Assembly: GCA_048939245.1 (NCBI GenBank)
Contig: JBHLPR010000010.1
Location: 1-59,704, forward strand
Direction of reading: 5' to 3'
Length of the DNA stretch: 59,704 nucleotides
From: Promethearchaeota archaeon
Lineage (GTDB): Archaea; Asgardarchaeota; Hermodarchaeia; Hermodarchaeales; Hermodarchaeaceae
In this document: positions 20,907 to 31,033 of the stretch, piece after piece
Layout: each line of letters begins with the position of its first letter
How positions within the stretch are numbered: position 1 is the stretch's first letter
Program-made: the position numbers and the translations under genes
The notes under the pieces: generated by a model
What the model was told of the DNA's origin: nothing
Databases searched by the model: none
What the model saw: only the letters and a program-made list of their open reading frames with translations

Positions 20907-21061
20907 TGTTGGTCCACGGGAGTTTCACAGGACCCTACTTAAAGACGACAATTAAGGTGCAAAAGAATCTCTGTTGATGCCTGATTTTCGGGAAGTTTTT
21001 GTATGTTACCGGCATCCCTCGGAAACAATCTGTTGAAGTCTTTGATGCGTAGGTTCAAAGA

Positions 21062-24000
21062 TTAACGGACGGAGGAGCCACATATTGGACAATAACGGGC
21101 GCCTTGGGGAATTACAGCACCACAATATGCACAGAATTTAGGTGCTCCAGTGGGTTCTGTTGTCCTGGGTGGGACGTAGGTTGGACGCGTATAGCGTGAC
21201 GTTAGTGTAAGCGAACGGCTTCGTCGAAGCAGGAAGATAACTAGGGCTACAACGCCGATAATGATTCCAATTGTAGCACCAACAATGAGTAAAATTATAA
21301 GGTCAATTGGCAGTAGCCCAGTACTGGAGGGTGGGTTAACATTTAGATAGAATACGCCTATGCCATCATAGGCACCAGGATACGAATACACTTCAATGTA
21401 GTAAGTGTCCCCTGCATTAAGAGAGATGGCGATTGATTCGGATGAATCAGTACTGGTCGAGCTATCTAACAAGTTTTCGTAGATGTCGTATATGTACAAG
21501 TCAAAATCGGTGTCGTATTTATCCCAGGCTGCTTCAAGAGTGATGAAATGGCGACCTGTTTCAGTAGGTGTGAATTCAAAGAAGACCGAATCATACGAGC
21601 CATTAAGATATCCACAGTGCAGCGTGGGTACGCTTTGTATTCCAAGATTCGGTAGCAATTCTAATGCATTGTCAGGAGAAGAGCCTACATCGATGAACGC
21701 TTCAATGAAATCATCCCAATCGGTGTCATTAGCAAGTGCTAATTGATAAGGCTCATAGGAGGCGAATACCGCACCTAAGCCTGATGCATCGGTGAGTCCG
21801 GCAAGATGCATTTCTTCAAAGACACAAGCTTGGATTGAAGTAGAAAGATTAACTGCCCATTGGTATATTGGCGATGCGCTACTGAAGTAACTAGTGATGC
21901 TTGTAGCAAATGAGTTTAGATCAATAAAGTCTGCCCAAGTGAAACCTTGCGTCGTTGATCGAGCCCAAGAAAATGTCTCATATATCAAAGGAGTAGAAGC
22001 ACTTCCCTCTAGAGATTTCACAAGCTGGTCTAGGTTCATTGCAACAGATGATAGTTTCGAGGTCTCGATGGCTGAAAGACAGATATCATTGTATAAGGGA
22101 TCATAATAGCGTCCATCAAAATCATATGCTGTAACATAATAGTATACCATGCTTGAGGCTACGGTTTTAGGACCAGAATTGGGGAAAGTGGTCAAATTGA
22201 GTAAAATATCTTCATAGGGGAAACCAGTCAGTGGAACTGATTCTTCTGAGAAGACAACAATATCAGTGGCGTCACGAATTTCATAAGCAACCTCAAGTTG
22301 CCCCATCAGACAAGCATCAAAGGCTACTATGTCTAAGTGCTGGACTAAAGGATCATTGAGTGCCTGTTCTAATTCAGAAATTGTTAAACGGTCCCTACTG
22401 GTATCGTCCGTACATAATCCATAGGCTCCTGCACCATGGTTCCAGAGGGTTAATAGGTAATGGTCTGCTGGTGCGTAGGTTTGGCCAAAGACGATGAAAT
22501 CTCGAAGTGTTTGCCATTGACCCATGTTTGGTTCAGAAGGTAGTCCAGCAGGGAGTTGTGTGGATGCGATTATGCTAGGGTTGTTATCCTGGGTGATTTC
22601 ATAACAGCGGGCACCTGTGAAAGGGGTATGTGATCCGGTCCAAAAATCAACATAGACGAGGATTCGGATATCCGCAGTTGATCCAATGGTTTCCATGGTA
22701 TTGAAATCATCAAAGGCATATTCTTCTAGATCATTATCTCCATCTAGATACACTAGCATAGTCCAATCAGAATAAATTGGTATTTCAAGAACAGTAAGTG
22801 TAAACGTGGTCTCTAATATATCACCATAAGTGCTATTCACTCTCACCAAGATCCCATAAGGTCCTAAACTTAGTGAGGTCACATTGGTGATTATGCCCTG
22901 GCTATTAATTGTGAAATGAGTGGTATAATTGATTTCCCAAACATCTATCCAAGCTTCTGGGGTTACATTCAAGTCATAATAGAAGTTTTGATTTTGGTAG
23001 ATGAATTGGTTTACCGGTGTTGGATCCCATTCAAAATTAACATCTAATACCCGAATAAGCCATGCATCCCAGTCACCAGCCCCAAAACTGTAAGTGTCAC
23101 CTGTAAGTAAAAAGTCGCCATTAGCACATTGCACGACACTCCGCCCATAATCGTTCAAACTGCCGCCTTTCACAAAAGTATCAAGGACAATGCCGTTAGA
23201 ATCGGTAATGACTAACCATAAATCACCGACACCAGAACCGTAACTATAACTGTATCCAAAAAGGGCGAATCCGTTTCTGTTTGTTAGAACCATATTTTGT
23301 GCTCGTTCAATGGATGGACCACCATAGAACTGTTGCCAAAGAAGGTCGCCAGTTGAATTAGTGATAATCAGCCAATAATCACTATCACCAAGGTCAATGG
23401 TATAGTTTGCAGTTCCCAGAATTGCATAACCCGCTCCGTACTCTAATGCTGCGACTCCTCGATCACGACCAGCACCACCAAAAGTAACATTCCACTCAAC
23501 CACACCCAATGAATCTGTTTTCATTAGCCAGATATCTCGATTACCAACCTGATTGATTTCACATTCTCCACTAAAAATAAATCCACCAGCACTTACTTCT
23601 TGAGCGGTCCAAAATCCGTCAAGTCCCAGGCTTCCATAAGTCTGGTTCCATAAATGGTTACCAAGAGAATCAGTCCGAATAATCCAGCAGTCTGAATCTC
23701 CAATGCTAAAACTCTTGGTGTAACCTGTAATAAGAAGATCTCCGTTACTACATTCAAGGACATCATATCCTTTGTCCTCTTGAGGTCCACCAAAGGTTTT
23801 GTTCCATAATGGATTCGCATTGCTATCAGTTCGCAGAAGCCATACCGAATGATCCCCAGGTCCATAGGTGCTTGTATACCCAGCTAGTACAAAATCGCCA
23901 TTCGCACATTCAATCATTGATATTAGATACTCATCACCTGTTCCACCAAAAACCAGGTCCCAGATAACATTTCCAAGAGAATCAGTTCGAACGAACCATC

Positions 24001-24301
24001 CATCAGAACCTCCCGCACCCCTACTAAATGTTCGACCGCAGAAAGCAAGACTCCCGTCAGCAAGTTCAAAGCCAGAACTGATGCGTTCTTCTTGAGTAGA
24101 TCCAAATATTCTCGTCCAATTTTCAGTCATTGGTTGAGGGATTTCCTGAAAATCGGGTTGAGGAATATTTAGACTATTTGACAGATTGATCTGAGAATCA
24201 ATAGTATTACTTTGTGTTTCATTGATGATCGGAAGAGAAATCGAAATTATCGGGAAAATTAGTAGGATAATGAACAGAAATACTGACCAATTTTTTTTCA
24301 T
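21062..24301 (-). CDS. Single-pass surface protein: repeat (propeller-like) region + clostripain (C11) peptidase + PPC-like domain + TM + cytoplasmic zinc ribbon
   Basis: Repeats W.KTFGG...D; WTMLVYLDGDNDLE, LWNHGAG (His), FDACLMG (Cys); DFDLYIYD; TM; CAYC...CPIC. Start ATG 24301. Confidence 0.85.
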   Translation of the reverse strand: MKKNWSVFLFIILLIFPIISISLPIINETQSNTIDSQINLSNSLNIPQPDFQEIPQPMTENWTRIFGSTQEERISSGFELADGSLAFCGRTFSRGAGGSDGWFVRTDSLGNVIWDLVFGGTGDEYLISMIECANGDFVLAGYTSTYGPGDHSVWLLRTDSNANPLWNKTFGGPQEDKGYDVLECSNGDLLITGYTKSFSIGDSDCWIIRTDSLGNHLWNQTYGSLGLDGFWTAQEVSAGGFIFSGECEINQVGNRDIWLMKTDSLGVVEWNVTFGGAGRDRGVAALEYGAGYAILGTANYTIDLGDSDYWLIITNSTGDLLWQQFYGGPSIERAQNMVLTNRNGFALFGYSYSYGSGVGDLWLVITDSNGIVLDTFVKGGSLNDYGRSVVQCANGDFLLTGDTYSFGAGDWDAWLIRVLDVNFEWDPTPVNQFIYQNQNFYYDLNVTPEAWIDVWEINYTTHFTINSQGIITNVTSLSLGPYGILVRVNSTYGDILETTFTLTVLEIPIYSDWTMLVYLDGDNDLEEYAFDDFNTMETIGSTADIRILVYVDFWTGSHTPFTGARCYEITQDNNPSIIASTQLPAGLPSEPNMGQWQTLRDFIVFGQTYAPADHYLLTLWNHGAGAYGLCTDDTSRDRLTISELEQALNDPLVQHLDIVAFDACLMGQLEVAYEIRDATDIVVFSEESVPLTGFPYEDILLNLTTFPNSGPKTVASSMVYYYVTAYDFDGRYYDPLYNDICLSAIETSKLSSVAMNLDQLVKSLEGSASTPLIYETFSWARSTTQGFTWADFIDLNSFATSITSYFSSASPIYQWAVNLSTSIQACVFEEMHLAGLTDASGLGAVFASYEPYQLALANDTDWDDFIEAFIDVGSSPDNALELLPNLGIQSVPTLHCGYLNGSYDSVFFEFTPTETGRHFITLEAAWDKYDTDFDLYIYDIYENLLDSSTSTDSSESIAISLNAGDTYYIEVYSYPGAYDGIGVFYLNVNPPSSTGLLPIDLIILLIVGATIGIIIGVVALVIFLLRRSRSLTLTSRYTRPTYVPPRTTEPTGAPKFCAYCGAVIPQGARYCPICGSSVR

Positions 24302-24396
24302 GATTGTGCTGCAACTCTCGCCATTTATACCATTCAGGCTTCTTATAAAAATCGGACCTAATAAAGTTGAAGGTGAAAGTGAGAAAGGATTATACA

Positions 24397-25725
24397 TCAA
24401 GCTAAACTACCTGATGAATTAACCGAAGACTTCAGAAGCGTTCCTTTCTGCTTTATGTCTTTATCTCGCTTTTTTTCGGCGTTCCAGAAGAATATGGAAT
24501 AGAGAATAGTCTGTATGCCATAGAATGCAAGTGTCAGCCAGAAGGGAATAAGGTAAAGGCCTTGATCGAATAGCAGGCCTGCAAATTGAACGCTAGTAGC
24601 TCGACCGAAGCTCATAGCTGAGCTGTTGAAAGCTTGGAGATTTGGTCGCCATGAGCTTGGAACGAGTTCCATGCGGAGAGTTTGACCGATTGGCATTGCT
24701 GCATTCATTAACGCGCCTCTAAGTAAATAACTTACAATCGCGACAATAGGATTGATGATGGTAGCGAGTATGATGATGAATGGTAATGAGATAATTTGAG
24801 TGATGGCCACTGAGGGTACCTTACCAATTCGTGTTGATAGGATCGGTGAGAGGAGCACTCCCGTAGCCATTGTCGCTTGTCCCAGTCCTATTGTAATTCC
24901 AACAATGTAAGTTGGTAAATTGTAGAACTCCCAGAAGAAGACGTTCATCAAGGGAACGATGAGTCCAGCTCCAAGACCTACCAAGACACTGCAAATGACA
25001 AACTTTGCGACTATACTGAGTCGACCTTTAGGTTCTGAAGACGATTCAACCAAATTATCTGACTCTTCTGAAGAATGGTGCCCATTACTTGTTTCTTTCA
25101 ATATGAGCAAAGGAATGATACCAAGTATGCTTGTGATGACCCAAATGATGAGTGTGAGTTGAAAAGTAATTGGACTGTCGAGGGGAACGAATAACCAGAT
25201 GGCAAAGGTTCCAGGAAGAAAGCCGCCAAGGAGACTTCCTACGAATCCTGTGCCAATCCGAGTTGCCTGAGAAGTTCCGAAAAGGTGAGTACGTTCATAA
25301 GAAGAACTACTTCGTGCGACCAATGGGCTAAACGAAGTAATCGTTAAACTATTCCCAAAATAGAATAAAATTATCATCAGGCTCAGAATTCCTGGAAATG
25401 GGAAGGCGATGAGCATTCCAGCGGCAATGGTCATTACGATGCCAGAGAGGATTAAGGCATATTTTTCACCTACACGTGAGGTATACGGTCCTGCAATTAG
25501 TGCTCCAATGGCCATAGTGTACAGGCCTAATGAAAGAAGTCCTGCGACAAACGTCGTGGAATAGCCTAAAGATAAAAGATACAGGTTGAAGATGGCTTGA
25601 TAGATGCCAAACCCGAGTCGGCTTATAGCTTGACTAACAATGATAAGTCTAGCGCCTGGAGTAAATCGTCGAACTCGCTGCCAATAGGCAGATACCTCTG
25701 AAGTGATGGTTTGGGAGAGATTCAA
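24397..25725 (-). CDS. MFS transporter (paralog 1)
   Basis: About 12 TM segments; S.RIGK loop motif; YERTHLFG. Confidence 0.88.
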   Translation of the reverse strand: MNLSQTITSEVSAYWQRVRRFTPGARLIIVSQAISRLGFGIYQAIFNLYLLSLGYSTTFVAGLLSLGLYTMAIGALIAGPYTSRVGEKYALILSGIVMTIAAGMLIAFPFPGILSLMIILFYFGNSLTITSFSPLVARSSSSYERTHLFGTSQATRIGTGFVGSLLGGFLPGTFAIWLFVPLDSPITFQLTLIIWVITSILGIIPLLILKETSNGHHSSEESDNLVESSSEPKGRLSIVAKFVICSVLVGLGAGLIVPLMNVFFWEFYNLPTYIVGITIGLGQATMATGVLLSPILSTRIGKVPSVAITQIISLPFIIILATIINPIVAIVSYLLRGALMNAAMPIGQTLRMELVPSSWRPNLQAFNSSAMSFGRATSVQFAGLLFDQGLYLIPFWLTLAFYGIQTILYSIFFWNAEKKRDKDIKQKGTLLKSSVNSSGSLA

Positions 25726-26110
25726 CGATTAGGTCCTCCAAAGCACGAAACAGATCAAGATAGTCTGGTTCGTGTTCTTTGTCTATGGTTTGGAATTCAA
25801 TGGCTCTTGCTTGGCATAATAAAAGCTTGTGAAAGACTGAGAAAAAGAGAAGGGAGACGACCTAGTAACCGTTCACTGTATTCAAAATTTTCTTAATTGA
25901 AGGACCTTTTATGCGTATCTGTGAATATCCATAAATAGGCGCGTTTTTGTTAAGTTTTATGAAGCTCTTCACAAGTTGTGGCAACTAGATACGAGGGAAA
26001 CTGATTCCCTTCCAGCGGATGGTTTACGACTCAATTCCTAACGATCCACTTACAAATTCCCTATTGACACCTATAACGTGTGAGGAGAAAAATAAAAAGT
26101 TGAAAGAAAA

Positions 26111-28351
26111 ATGCGACGAACAACTCTATCAGTAACCACGCTTCTCCTAGCAATAACCTTGTTGCAACTAAGCACACCCTATGGGTTTGCATCATTACTA
26201 CCAGGATCTTATTCTCCAGCTATTGTTGCTGCTGCATCTACAGAATCAATGCCTGTAGATACTTTTACCATGTTGACGTTCAATTCAACCTACAGTTCTC
26301 AAACATATTCAATGATAGTATCCGAGCCAGCCCAATTTAGTTTCAATATGTCATTGCATGTTGATTCAGCTCCACCTGGACCATTCACCTCGGTGTATTT
26401 CGATGTCTACCTCCGCGGTAGTGCTAGTCAATATGTTCCTCATCTTAACCAGCCCATTGATGGAATGGATACATTTTGGGACGACAGCTGGTGGTGGATG
26501 ACCACTGGATACACAGACACAAGCTATACCGAATTCTTAGCCATTCAACCTGGACTACTAGTTTTGGAATTTGACTTTGAATTGGATGAGCCAACCGATC
26601 AATTAAGCTTAAACTTCACACTAAGCCAACTTTTCTCACTGAATTCAGCTTCTGAATATTCCTGGGATGAGGTACTATCAACTACTTGGACTGATGATAA
26701 TTCATGGGCAGGTTCTAGATTCACCATTCCTGAGGCTAATTTGTATAACATTTCATTTTACGCAGAAATGGATTATACGACAACAGCCAGTTGGGGCGGA
26801 AACCCTTTCTTCCAGCCATTCATGGGTATCTCCCTAATTGATAGCACTTATGGATATAATGCTCCTCAAGCAACTTATTATCCATCATTTGCCATCCCGG
26901 CAGGTGCTGGATCGAGCATAGCCAATTGGACCTATTCGGGTTTGTATAAACTTCTTCCTGAGAACTATTATCTCTTCGGTGAAATCGGAGGCTTTGAATT
27001 CCTCAATGGAAGTTCCATCTCACTTGAGATGACCATCGACCCCGTAGTACAATCAATACTTGAGATCAATCAATCCATCGAACTGAGTTTCGACAGTACT
27101 CTAACTACAAATGTTGCCTATGTTGGGATTCACGCTCCACAAATGTACACCTATGGTATCTATTTCGATGATCGGATTGGAGCCAATTGGAGCATCGAAT
27201 GTTATGATACAGATACAGGTTGGATTCCACCTAGCTTCGGCTATTATAATGATGCTAGCTCCTATACGCAAATTGAAGATCGGTTTGAGAACGGTTTTTC
27301 CTTCTGCCAACCAATGATGGGATCCACACCAACCTCATCCTTAACTGGCGAGGAATACTTTGAAATGTATATGTTTGGTGGAACAGATGTTTATTATGTC
27401 AATGACTCAGCCCAGATGGCAATAGTCGGATCAAATTGGTATCAAAATGCTATTGATACTTTTTACATCCAAATCGTGGCAAACCCGTTTAGCGGGATAC
27501 CAACAGCGGTGTTTAATATCACATTAAACTTTGAAGCATATCCAATCCCGGCTCTTGAATCTGCTACTACCTTTGCAGTGAACCAAACCATCGGACCCTT
27601 CTACAAAGTTTTTACACTACCAGTTATCAGTGGACTAGAATACGATCTAGCCGCATGGGCATCTGATTACAATTCTTCCGGGGTTGCAGGCATCTTCATG
27701 GCACCTGTACCTAATTTTTACCTCGACTGGCAATGGAGTGGATATGTACCACTTTATCAAACTACACCCTCTGGTGGAGTACCGTTTCAGGTAACTAACA
27801 TCAATGATACTGCAGGAATCAAATTCATAGCAGTACGAACCACCACAATGTATCTGGGGGTAATGGGTATATCAATGAGTGGACCCCCTCCCAGTGATAC
27901 GACTGAAATCACAGTCAATAGCACAGCTACCATTCCAGCTTCTTATGCTCTGGGAACAGTTGTAACTGAAAACCTGCAAGATATGGAAATGAAAACATAT
28001 AGCGTAAATCTTGCCGCAGGTGCCAGCTATCGGCTCAGCATGTCTCTTGATGCAACCGGAAACTATGCCCTTTGTTCAGTATTTGATGGTCTCGGCTTCA
28101 CACCCTTTGATGCCACATTGTATACGCTCTGGCTTGAGGTCTATAGTGGTTATCTAAATGCTTCCTTCAGCTACCAAGCCTTGACCAGTGGTCCAGTAAC
28201 CATCGTTCTTCTTGCAGATGGAATAGTGCATTTCAGTTTGGTTGCAATTGGTGAAGCTCCTGGATCCTTTGTGCTCGGATTGATGATTGGCCTTATATTC
28301 ATGATTGCTGGCGTTATTATCGTCTATGTGATTATGCGGCGTCGCTTCTAA
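26111..28351 (+). CDS. Large acidic, aromatic-rich surface protein with C-terminal TM anchor
   Basis: Signal peptide; S/T/Y/F-rich and Lys-poor; many NxS/T sequons; C-terminal TM + RRRF. Confidence 0.75.
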   Translation: MRRTTLSVTTLLLAITLLQLSTPYGFASLLPGSYSPAIVAAASTESMPVDTFTMLTFNSTYSSQTYSMIVSEPAQFSFNMSLHVDSAPPGPFTSVYFDVYLRGSASQYVPHLNQPIDGMDTFWDDSWWWMTTGYTDTSYTEFLAIQPGLLVLEFDFELDEPTDQLSLNFTLSQLFSLNSASEYSWDEVLSTTWTDDNSWAGSRFTIPEANLYNISFYAEMDYTTTASWGGNPFFQPFMGISLIDSTYGYNAPQATYYPSFAIPAGAGSSIANWTYSGLYKLLPENYYLFGEIGGFEFLNGSSISLEMTIDPVVQSILEINQSIELSFDSTLTTNVAYVGIHAPQMYTYGIYFDDRIGANWSIECYDTDTGWIPPSFGYYNDASSYTQIEDRFENGFSFCQPMMGSTPTSSLTGEEYFEMYMFGGTDVYYVNDSAQMAIVGSNWYQNAIDTFYIQIVANPFSGIPTAVFNITLNFEAYPIPALESATTFAVNQTIGPFYKVFTLPVISGLEYDLAAWASDYNSSGVAGIFMAPVPNFYLDWQWSGYVPLYQTTPSGGVPFQVTNINDTAGIKFIAVRTTTMYLGVMGISMSGPPPSDTTEITVNSTATIPASYALGTVVTENLQDMEMKTYSVNLAAGASYRLSMSLDATGNYALCSVFDGLGFTPFDATLYTLWLEVYSGYLNASFSYQALTSGPVTIVLLADGIVHFSLVAIGEAPGSFVLGLMIGLIFMIAGVIIVYVIMRRRF

Positions 28352-28364
28352 CCGAACACATCTT

Positions 28365-28408
28365 CCGGACGAGTAGACTTCTCTACTTAGTCCGGTTCTC
28401 TTTTTTTT
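28365..28408 (+). terminator. Hairpin + U-tract
   Basis: CCGGAC-GAGTAGA-CTTC-TCTACTT-A-GTCCGG followed by TTCTCTTTTTTTT. Confidence 0.65.
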
Positions 28409-28412
28409 CCGA

Positions 28413-29699
28413 TTATTCTGAAGCTTGTGATCTAAGTTTCTTTTGTTGTTGCTTTTCGATATTCCAGAAGAAGGTCAGATAAAAGAGGGTTGAAGCAGAA
28501 TAGCTCGTTAATGTAAACCAGAAGGGTATCAAATATAATCCTTGATCAAAGAGGGGCCCGGTGACGAGGGTGCTGAACGCCCAGGGGAAGTTCCAGGCAA
28601 AGCTGGCCACGGCACTCATTTGTGGACGATGTGCTTCTGGGGTTAACTCCATACGCAATGCGTTATCGACAGGACCACTCGCATTCATAAGAACCACTCG
28701 AAAGATATAGCAAGCTATTGCGACATAGGGATTGATAATTGTCGCAATAAAGAACAAGAAGGGCAGCGAAAGACTTTGCGTCACAAGGACCGTTCTCACT
28801 TTTCCGATTCGCGTTGAAAGAACCGGTGCAAGGAAGACTCCCGCTGCAACAGAAAGTGAGCCAAACCCTTGGATTAGCCCCACCATAAATGTGGGGAGAT
28901 TATAAAACTCCCAGAAGAAGATATTCAGATACGGGATTACAAATCCAGCTCCTAAACCAATGAATGCATTCACAATACCAACTTTTAGAAGTAGTTTTCG
29001 CACAGCTTTCTTCGTTACCGGCTCTAATTCTCCGATCTCAGCTTCCATTTCGAGAAATTGGGCATGATCTTCTTCGCGAACGAGAAGAAGTGGGATTATG
29101 CCTAATGTTAAAGGAAGGATTTGGATAAGCAATGCCATTTGAAATGTGATGGCACTATCTATTGGAAAACCGAACTGTAATGCAAATAAACCTGGAAGAA
29201 ACCCTGCTATTGTATTTGCAAAGAATGAGCTAAGAATTGTAGCAGATTGTGAAGTGCCAAATAGGTGGGTTCGTTCATAGGATGTACTGGATTTGGTCAT
29301 GAAAGGTCCAAAGGCTACATTGAGCATTGCTGAGCCTATGCCCCGAAGCGTAGAGGTAGAATACAGCACGATTGCAATAGGAAATAGAATCTGAATGGAA
29401 GAGGCACCAAGGAGGATGAGCATAGCCAAGACAAGAGATCCCTTTGTACCGACTTTTGAAACAAAAGGACCCATTACCAGCGATCCTAGGGCCATAGTAA
29501 AGGCGTTGAGTGACATCAGGCTACCGATGAATGCATTGCTATAGCCTAAACTGAGTAGGTATAAATTGAAGAGGGTTTGTGAAATGCCCCAACCAAAGGC
29601 TCGAAGAATATTACTGAGAATGAGCTTCTGCGCGTTCGGAGTGAACTGGCGAATACGTAGCCAATAACCTGTGGCTTCCTGTCGTAGGATACTACTCAC
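28413..29699 (-). CDS. MFS transporter (paralog 2)
   Basis: Shares YERTHLFGTSQ, FFWEFYNLPT, LSTRIGKV and LFDQGLYLIPFW with 24397-25725. Confidence 0.88.
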   Translation of the reverse strand: MSSILRQEATGYWLRIRQFTPNAQKLILSNILRAFGWGISQTLFNLYLLSLGYSNAFIGSLMSLNAFTMALGSLVMGPFVSKVGTKGSLVLAMLILLGASSIQILFPIAIVLYSTSTLRGIGSAMLNVAFGPFMTKSSTSYERTHLFGTSQSATILSSFFANTIAGFLPGLFALQFGFPIDSAITFQMALLIQILPLTLGIIPLLLVREEDHAQFLEMEAEIGELEPVTKKAVRKLLLKVGIVNAFIGLGAGFVIPYLNIFFWEFYNLPTFMVGLIQGFGSLSVAAGVFLAPVLSTRIGKVRTVLVTQSLSLPFLFFIATIINPYVAIACYIFRVVLMNASGPVDNALRMELTPEAHRPQMSAVASFAWNFPWAFSTLVTGPLFDQGLYLIPFWFTLTSYSASTLFYLTFFWNIEKQQQKKLRSQASE

Positions 29700-29749
29700 A
29701 AAAGTCTCCTCGTTTAAACGGGCACCAGGTAAGCAGGCTATTTTAAACT

Positions 29750-29777
29750 ACTGCCTATAACTTGATTTATCTACAAG
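29750..29777. other. Candidate dif-like Xer recombination site
   Basis: ACTGCCTATAA-CTTGAT-TTATCTACAAG: 11-6-11 layout with ATAA/TTAT inner ends, inside the zone where strand skew flips. Confidence 0.45.
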
Positions 29778-30940
29778 TCATATTCCCGAAATACTTCGCG
29801 TTGAATCAAATATCGGAGAATTTCTGCAGTTCCTCCGCCAATTGTCATGAGCCGGGCATCACGCAAAAACCGTTCAACAGGCCGCTGTTTCGTATAACCT
29901 ATACCTCCCAATACTTGAAGTGCCTCAGTGGCGGTTTCGATGGCTTTTTCACAAGCATACAATTTCGCAATAGCTGCATCTTTTGTTGCAGGTTGACCGG
30001 CATCAATCATCCGAGCCGCCTTGTATGTCAATAACCGGGCGGCTTCTAATTTCATTGCCATATCAGCAATTTTGAAGCTGACGCCTTCGAATTCACGAAT
30101 CTTTCTTCGGAATTGAACGCGATGATTACTATAATGCACGGCTTCCTCCATTGCAGCACGAGCAACTCCATTCATTTCTGCAGCCAAGATTGTGCGCTCG
30201 GCATCAAGACCTGCCATTACCACCCAAAAGCCTGCATTCAGCTTACCAAGCATTTGCTCTTCTGTTACTTCCACATCCTTGAGGGCAAGATGACCCACAT
30301 GGGCTCCATGCATACCCAGGAGTTCATACTCATCAACTACTTCAAAACCTTTGGATTTCGTTTCCACGATGAAGGCGGTCATACCCTGTTTAGCTTTCAC
30401 CTTAGGATCTGTCACAGCATAGCACAAGAGATAATCAGCCACAGGTCCGTTGGTGATAAACCGTTTTTCGCCATTAATTACATACCTATCGCCACGTTTT
30501 TCGGCTCGGGTTTCTGTGCCCGCAACATCACTACCGACATTGGGTTCAGTGATCCCCAACGCTCCAATTTTTTTACCTTGAGCCACAGGAGTCAGATACT
30601 TCTTTTTCTGATATTCTGTTCCAAATTCGAAAACCGGGTGGGCAAAGAGTATACATGAGGCCACTCGGGCCATATCAAAGCCAGCATGGACCGCACAGAT
30701 TTCCTCTGTCACCAACACTTCATACATGAGACCCTTTCCGATTCCCCCATACTCAGGAGGATATCGAGCCCCAAGATAACCGGCTTTTCCAAACATTCGG
30801 ATGATATCCCATGCTTCCTTCTTTCCTTGTTCAATGTCTTCAGCAACGGGTGCTAAGGTCTTTTGTACAAACTCACGAACCTCAGATTGGAATTGAACCT
30901 CATCTTTCGATAAAAACGATCTTTCTGTCACAGTTCTCAC
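29771..30940 (-). CDS. Acyl-CoA dehydrogenase (isovaleryl/long-chain-type catalytic arrangement)
   Basis: GALGITEPNVGSD, GEKRFITNG, LGGIGY; TIGGGT in place of YEGT, with E in LDAER. Confidence 0.9.
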   Translation of the reverse strand: MRTVTERSFLSKDEVQFQSEVREFVQKTLAPVAEDIEQGKKEAWDIIRMFGKAGYLGARYPPEYGGIGKGLMYEVLVTEEICAVHAGFDMARVASCILFAHPVFEFGTEYQKKKYLTPVAQGKKIGALGITEPNVGSDVAGTETRAEKRGDRYVINGEKRFITNGPVADYLLCYAVTDPKVKAKQGMTAFIVETKSKGFEVVDEYELLGMHGAHVGHLALKDVEVTEEQMLGKLNAGFWVVMAGLDAERTILAAEMNGVARAAMEEAVHYSNHRVQFRRKIREFEGVSFKIADMAMKLEAARLLTYKAARMIDAGQPATKDAAIAKLYACEKAIETATEALQVLGGIGYTKQRPVERFLRDARLMTIGGGTAEILRYLIQREVFREYDL

Positions 30941-31033
30941 ATCTTGGATTATTGCTGAATCGAGAAACAGTACCTTTGTGTTTTTAAAGTACTTCGCAAC
31001 GTACTAAAAATTGATGGACCAAGAAACCAACAG

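Noticed and set aside
20921-20926. AGTTTC resembling the Sulfolobus ANTTTC damage-response element near the polB2 start
   Set aside because: Only a 6-mer, on the non-coding strand and downstream of the TATA-like box; no statistical weight.
23040-24130. Repetitive DNA as a possible CRISPR array or DGR template
   Set aside because: The repeats are degenerate protein-level repeats within one ORF; no identical spaced repeats and no reverse transcriptase.
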